Origin: Pelagibacteraceae bacterium
Lineage (GTDB): Bacteria > Pseudomonadota > Alphaproteobacteria > Pelagibacterales > Pelagibacteraceae
DNA length: 64,000 bases
NCBI GenBank assembly: GCA_038142265.1
Contig: JAYQJR010000007.1
Location: 96,061-160,060 of the forward strand
Direction: 5' to 3'
The notes beneath the pieces were generated by a model that saw nothing but the letters and a program-made list of their open reading frames with translations, was not told the origin of the DNA and did not search any database. Below, in pieces: positions 11,623 through 22,208 of this stretch; position 1 is the stretch's first letter, and the number at the start of each line of letters is the position of its first letter. The position numbers and the translations under genes were made by a program.

Positions 11623-13169
11623 TATATTTTTATTTCTTCACCTTTTTTTGATTTTATATAATAGGAAACAAATACTCGTCCTAAAGTATAAGTAGTAAAT
11701 ACAGATGTAATAACCCCTATAGCTAATGTGATAGCAAATCCTTTAATGGGTCCACTACCAATAAAATAAAGAACAAAAGCAGCAATTAAAGTTGTAATAT
11801 TTGCATCCAATAAAGTAGTTAATGCTCTTCTATAACCATTATCAAATGCAACAAGTAAAGTTTTTTCTTCTACCAACTCCTCTTTAATTCTCTCATATAT
11901 AAGTACATTGGCATCAACAGCCATTCCAACTGTTAAAATAATTCCTGCAATACCAGGAAGTGTTAGAGTTGCTTCAAGAATAGTAAGAACAGATAAAATT
12001 AAAACTAAGTTTATTAATAGCGAAATATTAGCAAATAGACCAAAAAATTTATAATTATAAATCATATAAATAACAACTAAACAAAATCCAATGATTAAGG
12101 ACATGATACCCTTTTCTATACTTTCTTTTCCAAGATCTGGGCCGACAGTTCTTTCTTCAATGATTTTTAATGGAGCTGGAAGAGCGCCAGATCTTAATAA
12201 TATTGCAAGATCGTTGGCTTCTTTAACTGTAAACCCACCTGAAATTTGTCCGTTACCAGTTGTTATGGCGTCTCTTATGACTGGAGCACTAACAACTTCA
12301 TCATCAAGAACAATAGCTAAATTCCTTCCAACGTTATTCTTAGTAGCATAAGCAAATTTTTTTGCTCCAAAGCCATCAAGCTTAAAATTAACAACTGAAG
12401 TATTATTTATGTTGTCGAAACCTGGTTGTGCATCAACTAAATTCTCACCAGATAAAATTACTCTTTTTTCAACATCATAAGTATCTAATTTATTTTTAGA
12501 TTTTAGTTTATCAAAATCTGATTTGGAACTTTCTTTATTAATCAAAAACCTAAAAGTCAGCTTAGCCGTTTTACCAATCAAATTTTTAATACCAGAAGGA
12601 TCTTTTAAACCAGGTAACTCAACTAAAATTCTATTGCTCCCTTGTGCTAAAATTGTTGGCTCTTTTGTCCCAACTTCATCAATCCTGGATCTTATAATTT
12701 CTAATGATTGCTCAAGAGCATTTTTTTCAAGTAAATTAAAATAAGCATCATTAAAATTTAAAGTAATTTCATCATTATTTATGTTAAATAAAAATTGATT
12801 GGAGCCCTGTGCGTCAATAGAATTTATATCTTTGGATGATAATATTGACTTAATTTTTGATAAATCTTCTTTTTTAAATTTAAATTTTATTTTTGATTCA
12901 CTAACTTCAAAAGTATCATAAAATACTCTCTCCGATCTAAATTTTTTTCTAATATCGTATGATTTAATTTGAAGTTTTTGTTGAAATAATGGTTTTGAGT
13001 CCACTTCTAACAACAAATAAGATCCTCCTTGTAAATCTAGACCAAGATTCACTTTTTGATCAGGAAATAATGGTATTTTTTTATTAAAAAAATTTGGAAC
13101 AAAAAAAAACAAACTGACAATAATTAAAAAAAATATTGAAAATAATTTTAGTTTAGAAAAATGTAACAC
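11622..13169 (-). CDS. secD: Protein translocase subunit SecD
   Basis: LGLDLQGG, LLRSGALP, GMAVDANVLIYERIKEE; GTG start. Confidence 0.97.
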   Translation of the reverse strand: MLHFSKLKLFSIFFLIIVSLFFFVPNFFNKKIPLFPDQKVNLGLDLQGGSYLLLEVDSKPLFQQKLQIKSYDIRKKFRSERVFYDTFEVSESKIKFKFKKEDLSKIKSILSSKDINSIDAQGSNQFLFNINNDEITLNFNDAYFNLLEKNALEQSLEIIRSRIDEVGTKEPTILAQGSNRILVELPGLKDPSGIKNLIGKTAKLTFRFLINKESSKSDFDKLKSKNKLDTYDVEKRVILSGENLVDAQPGFDNINNTSVVNFKLDGFGAKKFAYATKNNVGRNLAIVLDDEVVSAPVIRDAITTGNGQISGGFTVKEANDLAILLRSGALPAPLKIIEERTVGPDLGKESIEKGIMSLIIGFCLVVIYMIYNYKFFGLFANISLLINLVLILSVLTILEATLTLPGIAGIILTVGMAVDANVLIYERIKEELVEEKTLLVAFDNGYRRALTTLLDANITTLIAAFVLYFIGSGPIKGFAITLAIGVITSVFTTYTLGRVFVSYYIKSKKGEEIKI

Positions 13170-13170
13170 A

Positions 13171-13455
13171 CTATTTTTTTGGCTCAGTTTTGCTTAAAAC
13201 TTGAGAAATAGTGGACTTGATAACTCTGACAGTTACATTTTCAGAAATTTCTATTTCAGCTTTATCATCTTCCAAAACACGAACAACTTTTCCTACTAAA
13301 CCGCCAGCTGTAACAATATTGTCACCCCTACTTAGTGAATCTACCATGCTTTTGTGTTCTTTAATTCTTTTTTGCTGAGGTCGAATTAGCAAGAAGTAAA
13401 AAATTACAAAAATTAATATTAAAGGGATAAATTGTCCTAAAGCTTTGCCATCCAT
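13171..13455 (-). CDS. yajC: Preprotein translocase subunit YajC
   Basis: FYFLLIRPQQKR, GDNIVTAGGL; upstream of secD. Confidence 0.96.
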   Translation of the reverse strand: MDGKALGQFIPLILIFVIFYFLLIRPQQKRIKEHKSMVDSLSRGDNIVTAGGLVGKVVRVLEDDKAEIEISENVTVRVIKSTISQVLSKTEPKK

Positions 13456-13499
13456 GGGAGAGTATTTAAACTATAAACTATAGAATACAACCAAAAATA

Positions 13500-13754
13500 T
13501 TAACTAATGTATTCTTGAATTTTTTTAGAAATATTAATTTTTTCTACTTGATTTGATTTTTTTCCCATCACAAAAAAATCATTCAAATGCTTGTCGTCAA
13601 TTTTCAATAATTTTTCAAAATCATTAAGCTCATTTTCAGTTAATATGTGGGCAAATTTTTTAAAAAAACCTCCTAAAATAAGGTCCATTTCTTTTGTTCC
13701 CCTGTGGCTCGATCTAAAAAGTAATTTTTTTATACGAAACTCTTTATTGCTCAT
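13500..13754 (-). CDS. sdhE: Succinate dehydrogenase flavinylation factor (SdhE/Sdh5)
   Basis: LLFRSSHRGTKEMDLILG (RGxxE motif). Confidence 0.92.
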   Translation of the reverse strand: MSNKEFRIKKLLFRSSHRGTKEMDLILGGFFKKFAHILTENELNDFEKLLKIDDKHLNDFFVMGKKSNQVEKINISKKIQEYIS

Positions 13755-13789
13755 CTAATGAATAAATATAAAAAATATAAATATTAGCA

Positions 13790-15843
13790 ATGAAAAACAC
13801 ATTATTTGAGTCAATTATAAATGTTAAAGGAATTGGTCCAAAAATTAAAAAAAAATTAGAAGAAAAAAATATTTTTAATAAAATAGATTTGCTATTAAAT
13901 TTACCCACTGGTTCAATAGATAGAAGATTTTGTCCCAAGCTTGATCAGTTAGAGGTTGGAAAAATAAGCACTATTTTTATTACTCCTATCAAATACAATT
14001 TTCCAAGAATTAGAAATCTACCAAACAGAATTAATTGTATTGATGAATTTGGCAAAATTGATCTTGTTTTTTTTAACTCAAGAGAAAATTATATTAAACA
14101 AATTTTGCCTTTAAATGAAGAGGTTGTTGTTAGTGGAAAAGTTACCCTGTATAAAAACAAATTTCAAATTACTAACCCAGATTACATTAGGTCAACAGAT
14201 AAAGGTTCAGATTTAAAAAAAATTATGGCCAGATATACTTCTATATCTGGAGTTTCTGATAAAACATTACAAAAAATATATTCAGAAGAATCTCAACATA
14301 TAGATCAAATAAGTGAATGGCATGATAAAAATTTTATAAAAAAAATGTCATGGTTATCTTGGGGTGAGAGCTTAAAAAGATTACACAACCCTAAAACCAC
14401 TGCAGATATCAATAAAAACTCAATTTTTTTTGAACGGTTGGCATATGATGAAGTCTTTTCAAATCTTTTAATATTCAATGAAATAAAAAAAAAGAATAAA
14501 AAAAATCAAAAAAAAACCAAAAATAGTTAACAGTGATAATATAGATAAAATTAAATCAAATATTCCTTTTAAATTAACTAATTCACAAGAAAAATCTCTA
14601 AGTGAAATATTAAAAGATATTTCATCGACCAAAAAAAATGATGCGAGTTCTTCAAGGAGATGTTGGTTCTGGAAAAACAATAATTTCTTTAATTACCTCT
14701 TATTTGTGTCTTAAAAATAATTATCAGGTTGCTTTAATGGCGCCTACTGAAATTTTAGTTGAGCAACATTTTAAGCTTTTTTCAAAAATTTTATCTTTTG
14801 AAAATTTAAATATTCAAATCTTAACTGGTAAAACAAAAATAAAAGAGCAAAAAAAAATTAGGGATGATTTGAAGAATGGAAAAATTAATCTTATTTTAGG
14901 AACCCATTCACTTTTTCAAGAAAAAATTAATTTTCAAAAGCTTGGTCTGATTATTATTGATGAGCAGCATAAATTTGGTGTTAAACAAAGAATTAATTTA
15001 TCTCAAAAAGGTACTAAAGATACTGATGTTATATTAATGACAGCTACGCCCATACCCAGAACTTTAATTTTAACTAATTATGGTGATATGGATATTTCGA
15101 CAATTAATGAAAAACCATTTTCAAATAAAAATATTTCAACACTTATTAAACCAGCTAATAAAATCGAAGAAGTTATAAAATTTGTTCAATCAAGATTAGA
15201 AGATAAAGATCAAATATATTGGGTATGTCCTATTATTGAAGAAAGTGAAAAAATAAAAGCAACAGCTGCTATAAAAAGATTTGAATATTTAAAATCCAAA
15301 TTTAATTTTCCAATAGGTTTGATTCATGGTTCTTTAAAAAAAGAGGAGAAAGAAAAAACTATGAATGATTTTACAAATGGTACATTAAAAATGATTATTG
15401 CTACTACTGTAATTGAAGTTGGGATAGACAATCCTAATGCTAACACAATTATAATTGAAAATTCAGAAAGGTTTGGTTTGGCTCAACTTCACCAACTAAG
15501 AGGCAGAATAGGTAGATCGGGAAAAGATGCTTTTTGCTTATTGGTTTATTCTAGCTCAATTTCAGATACTGGGAAAAGAAGGTTAAAAATTATGAAAGAG
15601 TCTAATGATGGCTTTTATATTTCTGAAGAAGATTTAAAACTTAGGGGTTTTGGTGATATTATTGGTTATAAACAAAGTGGTGAAAAAGATTTTGTAATAG
15701 CAGATCCATTTTATCATTCACATTTATTTGAATTAGCTAAAAATAATATTGAAAACTGTCAAAATTTAAACCCAAAAAATTTTGAATTTTTATTAAAAAT
15801 TTTTAAAAAAGATAAAGTTTTAAATATTATAGATACTGGCTAA
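13790..15843 (+). CDS. recG: ATP-dependent DNA helicase RecG (frameshifted in poly-A runs around 14480-14640)
   Basis: QGDVGSGKT, DEQHKFGV, MTATPIPRT, LHQLRGRIGR; wedge domain in the upstream ORF. Confidence 0.95.
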
Positions 15844-16814
15844 GCTATTTTTTTATATCCAATTGCGGTCTCAAATTCATTTAACCTTTTATAGATGGAT
15901 CTAAGTTCTGTAATTGTTGTCCAGTTATGTGTAAATAGTGAAAAACTGCTATGTACTCTAGAGAAGGCGTTTGAAACCTGTATAACAAACCCTAGAGTAA
16001 TAGCGCCTGTAAATAGTCCTGGAGCCATAACTAAATAAGGTACTATAACCATAAATTGATCATAAATATTTACCCAGATATCAAAATACCCGTAATGCAA
16101 AAAAAGTCTGTGATAATTAAATTTAATTCCAGTAAAAAGTTGAAAAATAGTGTCTGGTTTTGCATAATTATCTCTATCATCTTCGCCATAAACTAATTCT
16201 TTTCTAAACTTTGCCTCAACTTTTTGATTATTGTATTCTAAGCCAGGTAATTTTATTCCAACAAACCAGCTAATTAATAAACTTCCTAGGCTTGTTGCAA
16301 ACGCAACCCAAACCAATGATCCTGGAATATCTTTTAAAAAATCTATTTCTACTTTTGAAGATAAAGACCAAAGAATTGGCGTAAAAGCAATTAAAGTCAT
16401 AATCGCTCTAACAACCTGCAAACCTAAACTTTCAACAATTTTTGCAAATCTCATTGTATCTTCTTGTAAACGTTGAGCAGATCCTTCGACCTTAACCCGG
16501 CCTGAAGTCCATACAGGAATGTAATCAAAAGTCATAGCTTCTCTCCACCTAAAAGCATATAATCTTGTAAAATAGGCTGTGAATGTTGCTAGAACCACAT
16601 ATGGCATAGCCAAGTAAACAAATTCTAAAATCTTTTCCCAAAACATAGAAATATCGTTTTCAGTAGGCTTTTGAAGAAGATCGTAAAATCCTTTATACCA
16701 CTCGTTAATTTTTACAGTGATTGTCACTTGTATAAGAAGGGATAAAATTAAAAAAAAACCTCCTCCCCAAGACCAAAGAAGCCATTTTTTATTTAAAAAA
16801 AAACTCTTTAACAT
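15840..16814 (-). CDS. SbmA/BacA-like peptide transporter (membrane domain, no ATPase domain)
   Basis: INEWYKGFYDLLQ, FRWREAM, EGSAQRLQEDTMRFA, NNQKVEAKFRKELVYGED. Confidence 0.85.
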   Translation of the reverse strand: MLKSFFLNKKWLLWSWGGGFFLILSLLIQVTITVKINEWYKGFYDLLQKPTENDISMFWEKILEFVYLAMPYVVLATFTAYFTRLYAFRWREAMTFDYIPVWTSGRVKVEGSAQRLQEDTMRFAKIVESLGLQVVRAIMTLIAFTPILWSLSSKVEIDFLKDIPGSLVWVAFATSLGSLLISWFVGIKLPGLEYNNQKVEAKFRKELVYGEDDRDNYAKPDTIFQLFTGIKFNYHRLFLHYGYFDIWVNIYDQFMVIVPYLVMAPGLFTGAITLGFVIQVSNAFSRVHSSFSLFTHNWTTITELRSIYKRLNEFETAIGYKKIA

Positions 16815-16817
16815 TAA

Positions 16818-17096
16818 TTATGAGGTAAAATTGTCCGCGTAAGATTTTAATATATTTTTTGTTTTTTTAGGTTCTATAATTTCAAAATCAATATTATTCT
16901 TTTTTGCATAATTTATAGCTTCATCTTTTGTAGAAAAATCCAACTTTACTTGATACTGGGTGTCTTCAGTTGAATCCCAACTCATTAAATGATCTGTTCC
17001 AGAATATTTCTTATTAAATTCCAACACCCATTTTAACGAATTATTTATACCTGATTGCATAGCGCTTTTAGAAGGTATATAAATTTTTGCTTTCAT
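16818..17096 (-). CDS. ETC complex I subunit family protein (NDUFS4-like)
   Basis: AKIYIPSKSAMQSG...WVLEF, LMSW, F.TKDEAI.YA, KSYADNF. Confidence 0.88.
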   Translation of the reverse strand: MKAKIYIPSKSAMQSGINNSLKWVLEFNKKYSGTDHLMSWDSTEDTQYQVKLDFSTKDEAINYAKKNNIDFEIIEPKKTKNILKSYADNFTS

Positions 17097-17423
17097 TTAT
17101 TTTTTAGTACATTTCCATTTTGTCTTTTCTAAGCCATAAACAATCATGCCAGAAAGGTCTTTTTTAAGTTCCCTTTTTACATCTAAAGTTTTTTTAGGAT
17201 TCATTGGATAAGGTTTTTCTGTAATAACCCAAACATAATTTTTTCCATCATCTTTTATTTCAACAGTTCTGTTTGCATAAGTTAAAGTTTTTTTATCATC
17301 AGATAGTTTAAAATCTAAAATTTCTAAACCTTCCATTTCTTGACCGTTGTTACAAGTAAATGAATTTGAAAAGGCAGTGTTAGAAATCATTAAAAATAAT
17401 AGTGTTCCAAATAATTTTTTCAT
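17097..17423 (-). CDS. Secreted hypothetical protein, 108 aa, two Cys
   Basis: Start MKKLFGTLL preceded by GGAG; the longer ORF-track start runs through tRNA-Pro and is not credible. Confidence 0.75.
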   Translation of the reverse strand: MKKLFGTLLFLMISNTAFSNSFTCNNGQEMEGLEILDFKLSDDKKTLTYANRTVEIKDDGKNYVWVITEKPYPMNPKKTLDVKRELKKDLSGMIVYGLEKTKWKCTKK

Positions 17424-17439
17424 TTTTACTCCTTTGTTA

Positions 17440-17516
<77 letters not shown>

Positions 17517-17621
17517 ATTATTCAATTATGCATGGTAAATACATTAAAAATATTAAAATTTAAAGAAATCTATAAATATAAAAACTTGATAATTAATTCA
17601 AAACTCTAGTATATAAAGCCT

Positions 17622-18873
17622 GTGAAACCATTATTACCAGAAATCATTGCCACATCGTTATTTGCTATAGCTGTATTACATACTTTTTCAGTAAAATATT
17701 TTCTTAAATTAGCACACAAATATCATAAGCATTCAAAACTATTTCACATTTTAGGCGAAGTAGAGGCAGTATTTGGAATTTGGGCAATTGCATTAATTTC
17801 TATATTCATGGTTTTAAAAGGTAAAGATTTCTCACTAAATTATCTTAGCACTTTGCATTTTACTGAACCTTTGTTTGTATTTGTCATCATGGTTGTGGCG
17901 GCTAGCAAACCAATATTAGATTTTGCTTTGTTTATAGTTTTAAGAGTCTCTAAAGCAGTCCCTATTCATCCAGCTACCAGTTTTTATTTTTGTACATTGT
18001 TTTTGGTTCCTCTTTTAGGATCATTTATTACTGAACCAGCAGCTATGACACTGGCTGCATTAATGCTTAAAAGACCATTTTTATTCAAAAGAAATTTCTA
18101 CAAAAATGAAGTTTGCTACAATCGGTGTTCTTTTTGTAAATATTAGTATTGGTGGAGTTTTAACACAATTTGCAGCCCCTCCAGTTTTAATGGTTGCGGC
18201 CAAATGGAATTGGGATTTAAATTTTATGTTTACTAATTATGGCTGGAGATCAATTTCTGCATGTTTAATTAATGCAATAATAGTTACTTACCTTTTTAAA
18301 AATGAATTAAATAAAATTAGATTAACGCACTCAGATGTAAAACTACCTTTGTTTATTTTATTTTTACATTTAGTACTTTTAACCGGAATAATTATATTTG
18401 TTCATGATTTGATAATTTTTTTAGGAATTTTTATTGTATTTCTCGGTTTGGCCACTGCTTACCCAAATTTTCAAAATAAATTAATGATGAAAGAAGCTTT
18501 TCTAGTTTCTTTATTTTTAAGTGGTTTGGTTATTTTGGGAGGCTTGCAAAAATGGTGGTTACAACCAATTCTAACATCTATGTCATCAAATCAGATTTAT
18601 TATGCAGCTACAGCTTTAACTGCAATTACAGATAATGCAGCTCTTACATATTTAGGTTCATTAGTTGATGGATTATCTGATGAGTTTAAGTTTGCATTAG
18701 TTGCTGGCTGTGTAAGCGGTGGTGGTTTAACAGTAATTGCAAATGCACCAAATCCTGCAGGTTATTCAATATTATGCTCTTCTTTTAAAGGTGGTGCAAT
18801 AAGTCCTCTTTATCTTTTAATTTCAGCTCTTGGGCCAACTATCACTACTATAATATTTTTTAATTTATTATAA
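17622..18873 (+). CDS. Putative Na+/H+ antiporter, DUF1504 family (frameshift near 18075)
   Basis: LGEVEAVFGIWA, GSFITEPAAMTLAA, FVNISIGG.LT.FAAPPVLMVA.KW, TDNAALTYLGSL, GGGLTVIANAPNPAG. Confidence 0.8.
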
Positions 18874-18878
18874 ATATT

Positions 18879-19406
18879 ATGAAAATTATTAAATATTTAA
18901 TAATTTTAACTTTTATAACATCAATGTCTTTAGCAAATAATAAAACTGCTTATGATTTTAAATTTAAAGATATTAATGGTGGTGAACTTGATTTATCTCA
19001 ATTTAAAGGGAAAGTTTTACTCGTTACAAACGTAGCAAGTAGATGCGGTTTTACTAATCAGTACAAAGGATTACAATCAATTTGGGAGGAATACAAAAAC
19101 AAAAACTTTGTTGTTATAGGTGTTTCTTCTAATGATTTTAATCAAGAATTAAAAAATAAAGAAGAAGTTAAAAAATTCTGCGAAGTAAATTTTGGTATAA
19201 ATTTTCCAATGACTGACATTACCGCTGTCAAAGGTGATAATGCACATCCTTTTTATCAATGGGTTAAAAAAACAAATGGAAACTCTCCAAAATGGAATTT
19301 TTACAAAATTTTAATCAGTAAGGAAGGAAATGTCGTTGAGACTTACAGCTCTTTAACAAAACCAGAGAGTAAAAAATTAAAATCAGCTATTGAAAAACTA
19401 CTTTAA
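18879..19406 (+). CDS. Glutathione peroxidase family protein (Cys-type, signal peptide)
   Basis: NVASRCGFTNQY, SNDFNQE, PKWNFYK. Confidence 0.93.
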   Translation: MKIIKYLIILTFITSMSLANNKTAYDFKFKDINGGELDLSQFKGKVLLVTNVASRCGFTNQYKGLQSIWEEYKNKNFVVIGVSSNDFNQELKNKEEVKKFCEVNFGINFPMTDITAVKGDNAHPFYQWVKKTNGNSPKWNFYKILISKEGNVVETYSSLTKPESKKLKSAIEKLL

Positions 19407-19481
19407 TGGCGGTCCCTAGGGGAATCGAACCCCTCTTTTATGGATGAAAACCACATGTCCTAACCGATAGACGAAGGGACC
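19407..19481 (-). tRNA. tRNA-Glu(UUC)
   Basis: GGTCCCT/AGGGACC acceptor stem, anticodon loop TT-TTC-AT, GTTCGATTC, encoded CCA. Confidence 0.96.
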
Positions 19482-19527
19482 TGAAAAAGAGTTTTTATTT
19501 ATTATTCTTATATAATCAATAAAAAAA

Positions 19528-21270
19528 TTATTGGATTAATTGAATATCTTCTACAATTAATTCGATTTTTGAACGATCGTTCCATTCATTTAATTTGATC
19601 TTGCCAGCAACATTAAAACTTTTTTTATAATTCATTAAATAATTTCCGATATTAGTATTTTTAGAGTTAAATGATATTGCGTCTAAATAAAAATTTCCTT
19701 TCTTTAGTACAACTTTCACATGATTATTATTTGTTTCAATTACTTTACTAACTTCAAAATTTTCAAAAGCAAATAATGGCTCTCTATTTCCAGATCCATA
19801 AGGTTCAAGACAATCAAGCTTGTTAACCAAATCCTGGTTGATAGCACTACTATCTAGATAACTATCAATATACAGAATAGTATTTTCAGTATTTTTTTTA
19901 TATTTTTTAAAAGTCGTGATTAATTCATTTTTAAAATTTTCTAATTGATCATCACTTAGGCTAAAACCTCCTGCCATAGGGTGTCCTCCGCCCTTTAAAA
20001 TTATGTTCATCTGTTTGCATTTTGTAATAGCCATTCCTATATCAAAACCATAGACTGATCTTGCGGATCCTTTGCATAAATTGCCAGATTGAGAGATAAT
20101 AAATGTAGGTTTATGAAAATGATCCTTTAATCTGCTAGCAACTATACCTATCAAACCTTCATGCCAATCATTTTTTACTAAAAAAATAATTGGATCATTA
20201 ATATTTTTTTCAGCTAAAATAATTGCTTCATCAAGAATTTTTTTTTCAAGATCTTTTCTTTTCATATTTAAACTATCAAGTTCACTTGAAATTAAATATG
20301 CACTCTCTGCATCATCAGTAGTTAACAAATTATATCCTAATTTAGACTTTCCAATTCTACCCCCAGCATTTATTTTTGGACCAAGAACATAACCAACTTC
20401 ATATGTACTAAGTTTTTTTCTAATTTTAGAAAAATCAACTAAAGTTTTAAGACCCAGATTCTCTCTTTTGGAAGCTATTTTTAATCCTTGATTTACAAAA
20501 GCTCTATTTAAATTTATCAATGGAACAACATCACACACTGTTCCCATCATGACCAAATCTAAAAAATTCAATAAATCAGGTTCTGAGGTTTTGTTTTCAC
20601 TAAAAAAATTTGTCTCTCTTAAAAAAGAATTTAAACCTACAAGAAAAATAAAAAGTACACCAGCTGCACATAAATAATAATAGTCTCCATTCTCATCTAC
20701 TCTATTGGGATTAATGATAGCATCTGCTTTTGGAAAATTTTCTTGAGATTTGTGGTGATCAATAACAATTACATCAATATTTTTTGACTTAGCAAAATCT
20801 ATTGCCTCAAAAGATGTTGTTCCACAATCTAAAGCAATAATTAAAGAAACATTTTGATTTATTATATTTTCAAAAGTAGCAACTGATGGACCGTAACCAT
20901 CTTTTTGTCTATCAGGAATAAAAACTAAATGATCAATAGATAAAAATTTTAAATATCTAGACATCATGCTACTCGATGTGGCTCCATCAACATCATAATC
21001 ACCAAAAATACATATTTTATTATTTTTTTTTATATGCTCTGAAAGTAAAGTTAAACCTTTCTCCATATCTTTAAAAATATAAGGATTTGGTAAAAAATTT
21101 TTTATTCTTGGGTTTAAAAAATGATCAATATCATTTGTATTGATGTTTTTAATTGCCAATAACTTTGAAATGAAAAAATCTAAATTGTAATTTTTAGATA
21201 TTAATTCAACTAAATTTTTGTCGTATTCTTTTAATACCCACTCTTTACCTTGAACAGAGTGATTACTCAT
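19528..21270 (-). CDS. recJ: ssDNA exonuclease RecJ
   Basis: GDYDVDGATS, DCG, IDHH, GSARS, GGHPMAGG. Confidence 0.96.
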   Translation of the reverse strand: MSNHSVQGKEWVLKEYDKNLVELISKNYNLDFFISKLLAIKNINTNDIDHFLNPRIKNFLPNPYIFKDMEKGLTLLSEHIKKNNKICIFGDYDVDGATSSSMMSRYLKFLSIDHLVFIPDRQKDGYGPSVATFENIINQNVSLIIALDCGTTSFEAIDFAKSKNIDVIVIDHHKSQENFPKADAIINPNRVDENGDYYYLCAAGVLFIFLVGLNSFLRETNFFSENKTSEPDLLNFLDLVMMGTVCDVVPLINLNRAFVNQGLKIASKRENLGLKTLVDFSKIRKKLSTYEVGYVLGPKINAGGRIGKSKLGYNLLTTDDAESAYLISSELDSLNMKRKDLEKKILDEAIILAEKNINDPIIFLVKNDWHEGLIGIVASRLKDHFHKPTFIISQSGNLCKGSARSVYGFDIGMAITKCKQMNIILKGGGHPMAGGFSLSDDQLENFKNELITTFKKYKKNTENTILYIDSYLDSSAINQDLVNKLDCLEPYGSGNREPLFAFENFEVSKVIETNNNHVKVVLKKGNFYLDAISFNSKNTNIGNYLMNYKKSFNVAGKIKLNEWNDRSKIELIVEDIQLIQ

Positions 21271-22208
21271 ATTTTATATTTTGTCTTAACTTTCTTAAAA
21301 AATTTCTGAGAATAATGTAAAGCAAATGTCTCTGCTTCAAACTCATTGTTATTAATTTTTACACCCGAAACTAACTCTCCATCAGTTACTCCAGATGAAC
21401 AAAAAATAACATCGCCTTTCACAATCTCTTCTAGATTATATTTTTTATTAAAATCAGAAATTCCTAATTTTTTTGCTCTATTAATTTCATCAGTATCTTC
21501 AATTTTTAATCTAGCTTGAAATTGACCTCCCAAGCATTTAATCGCTGAAGCAGCAAGCACTCCCTCTGGGGCGCCTCCAATTCCAACATACATATCTACG
21601 CCTGAATTATCTAAAGCCGAAAATATTGATCCAGCTACATCACCATCAGAAATTAGTTTTAGTTTACTGCCTAATGATTTTGCTCCATCTATGAAATGTT
21701 TATGTCTATCTCGCTCTAACATGCAGATACAAATATCTTTAACATCTTTATTTTTTGCTTTTGCTAAGTTTTTAATATTTGTTTTTATATCTTCATCCAA
21801 GTCAACAACATGATTAGGTAGTCCTGAACCAACAGAAATTTTATCCATATAAGTATCTGGTGCTTGTAAAAGCATACCTTCTTCAGATATTGAAATCACA
21901 GAGATAGCATTTGGTTGATTATTAGCTGCAAGCTTTGTTCCGTCTAAAGGATCTACAGCAATATCAATTTTTGGAGCTTCTGATTTACCCAATATTTCAC
22001 CTATGTATAACATTGGAGCTTCATCCATTTCCCCTTCTCCAATAACAACCTTACCGTTTATATTCATATTATTTAATTCGTTTCTCATAGCATCTACAGC
22101 AGCTTGATCAGCAGCATTTTTATCACCCATACCTTTTAATAAAGAAGATTTGTAAGCAGCTTTTGCAGCGACATTTATAATTTGGTCAAGCAAGCTTGGG
22201 TCTAACAT
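21267..22208 (-). CDS. glpX: Fructose-1,6-bisphosphatase class II
   Basis: VIGEGEMDEAPMLYIGE, DIAVDPLDGT, GGAPEGVLAA. Confidence 0.96.
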   Translation of the reverse strand: MLDPSLLDQIINVAAKAAYKSSLLKGMGDKNAADQAAVDAMRNELNNMNINGKVVIGEGEMDEAPMLYIGEILGKSEAPKIDIAVDPLDGTKLAANNQPNAISVISISEEGMLLQAPDTYMDKISVGSGLPNHVVDLDEDIKTNIKNLAKAKNKDVKDICICMLERDRHKHFIDGAKSLGSKLKLISDGDVAGSIFSALDNSGVDMYVGIGGAPEGVLAASAIKCLGGQFQARLKIEDTDEINRAKKLGISDFNKKYNLEEIVKGDVIFCSSGVTDGELVSGVKINNNEFEAETFALHYSQKFFKKVKTKYKI

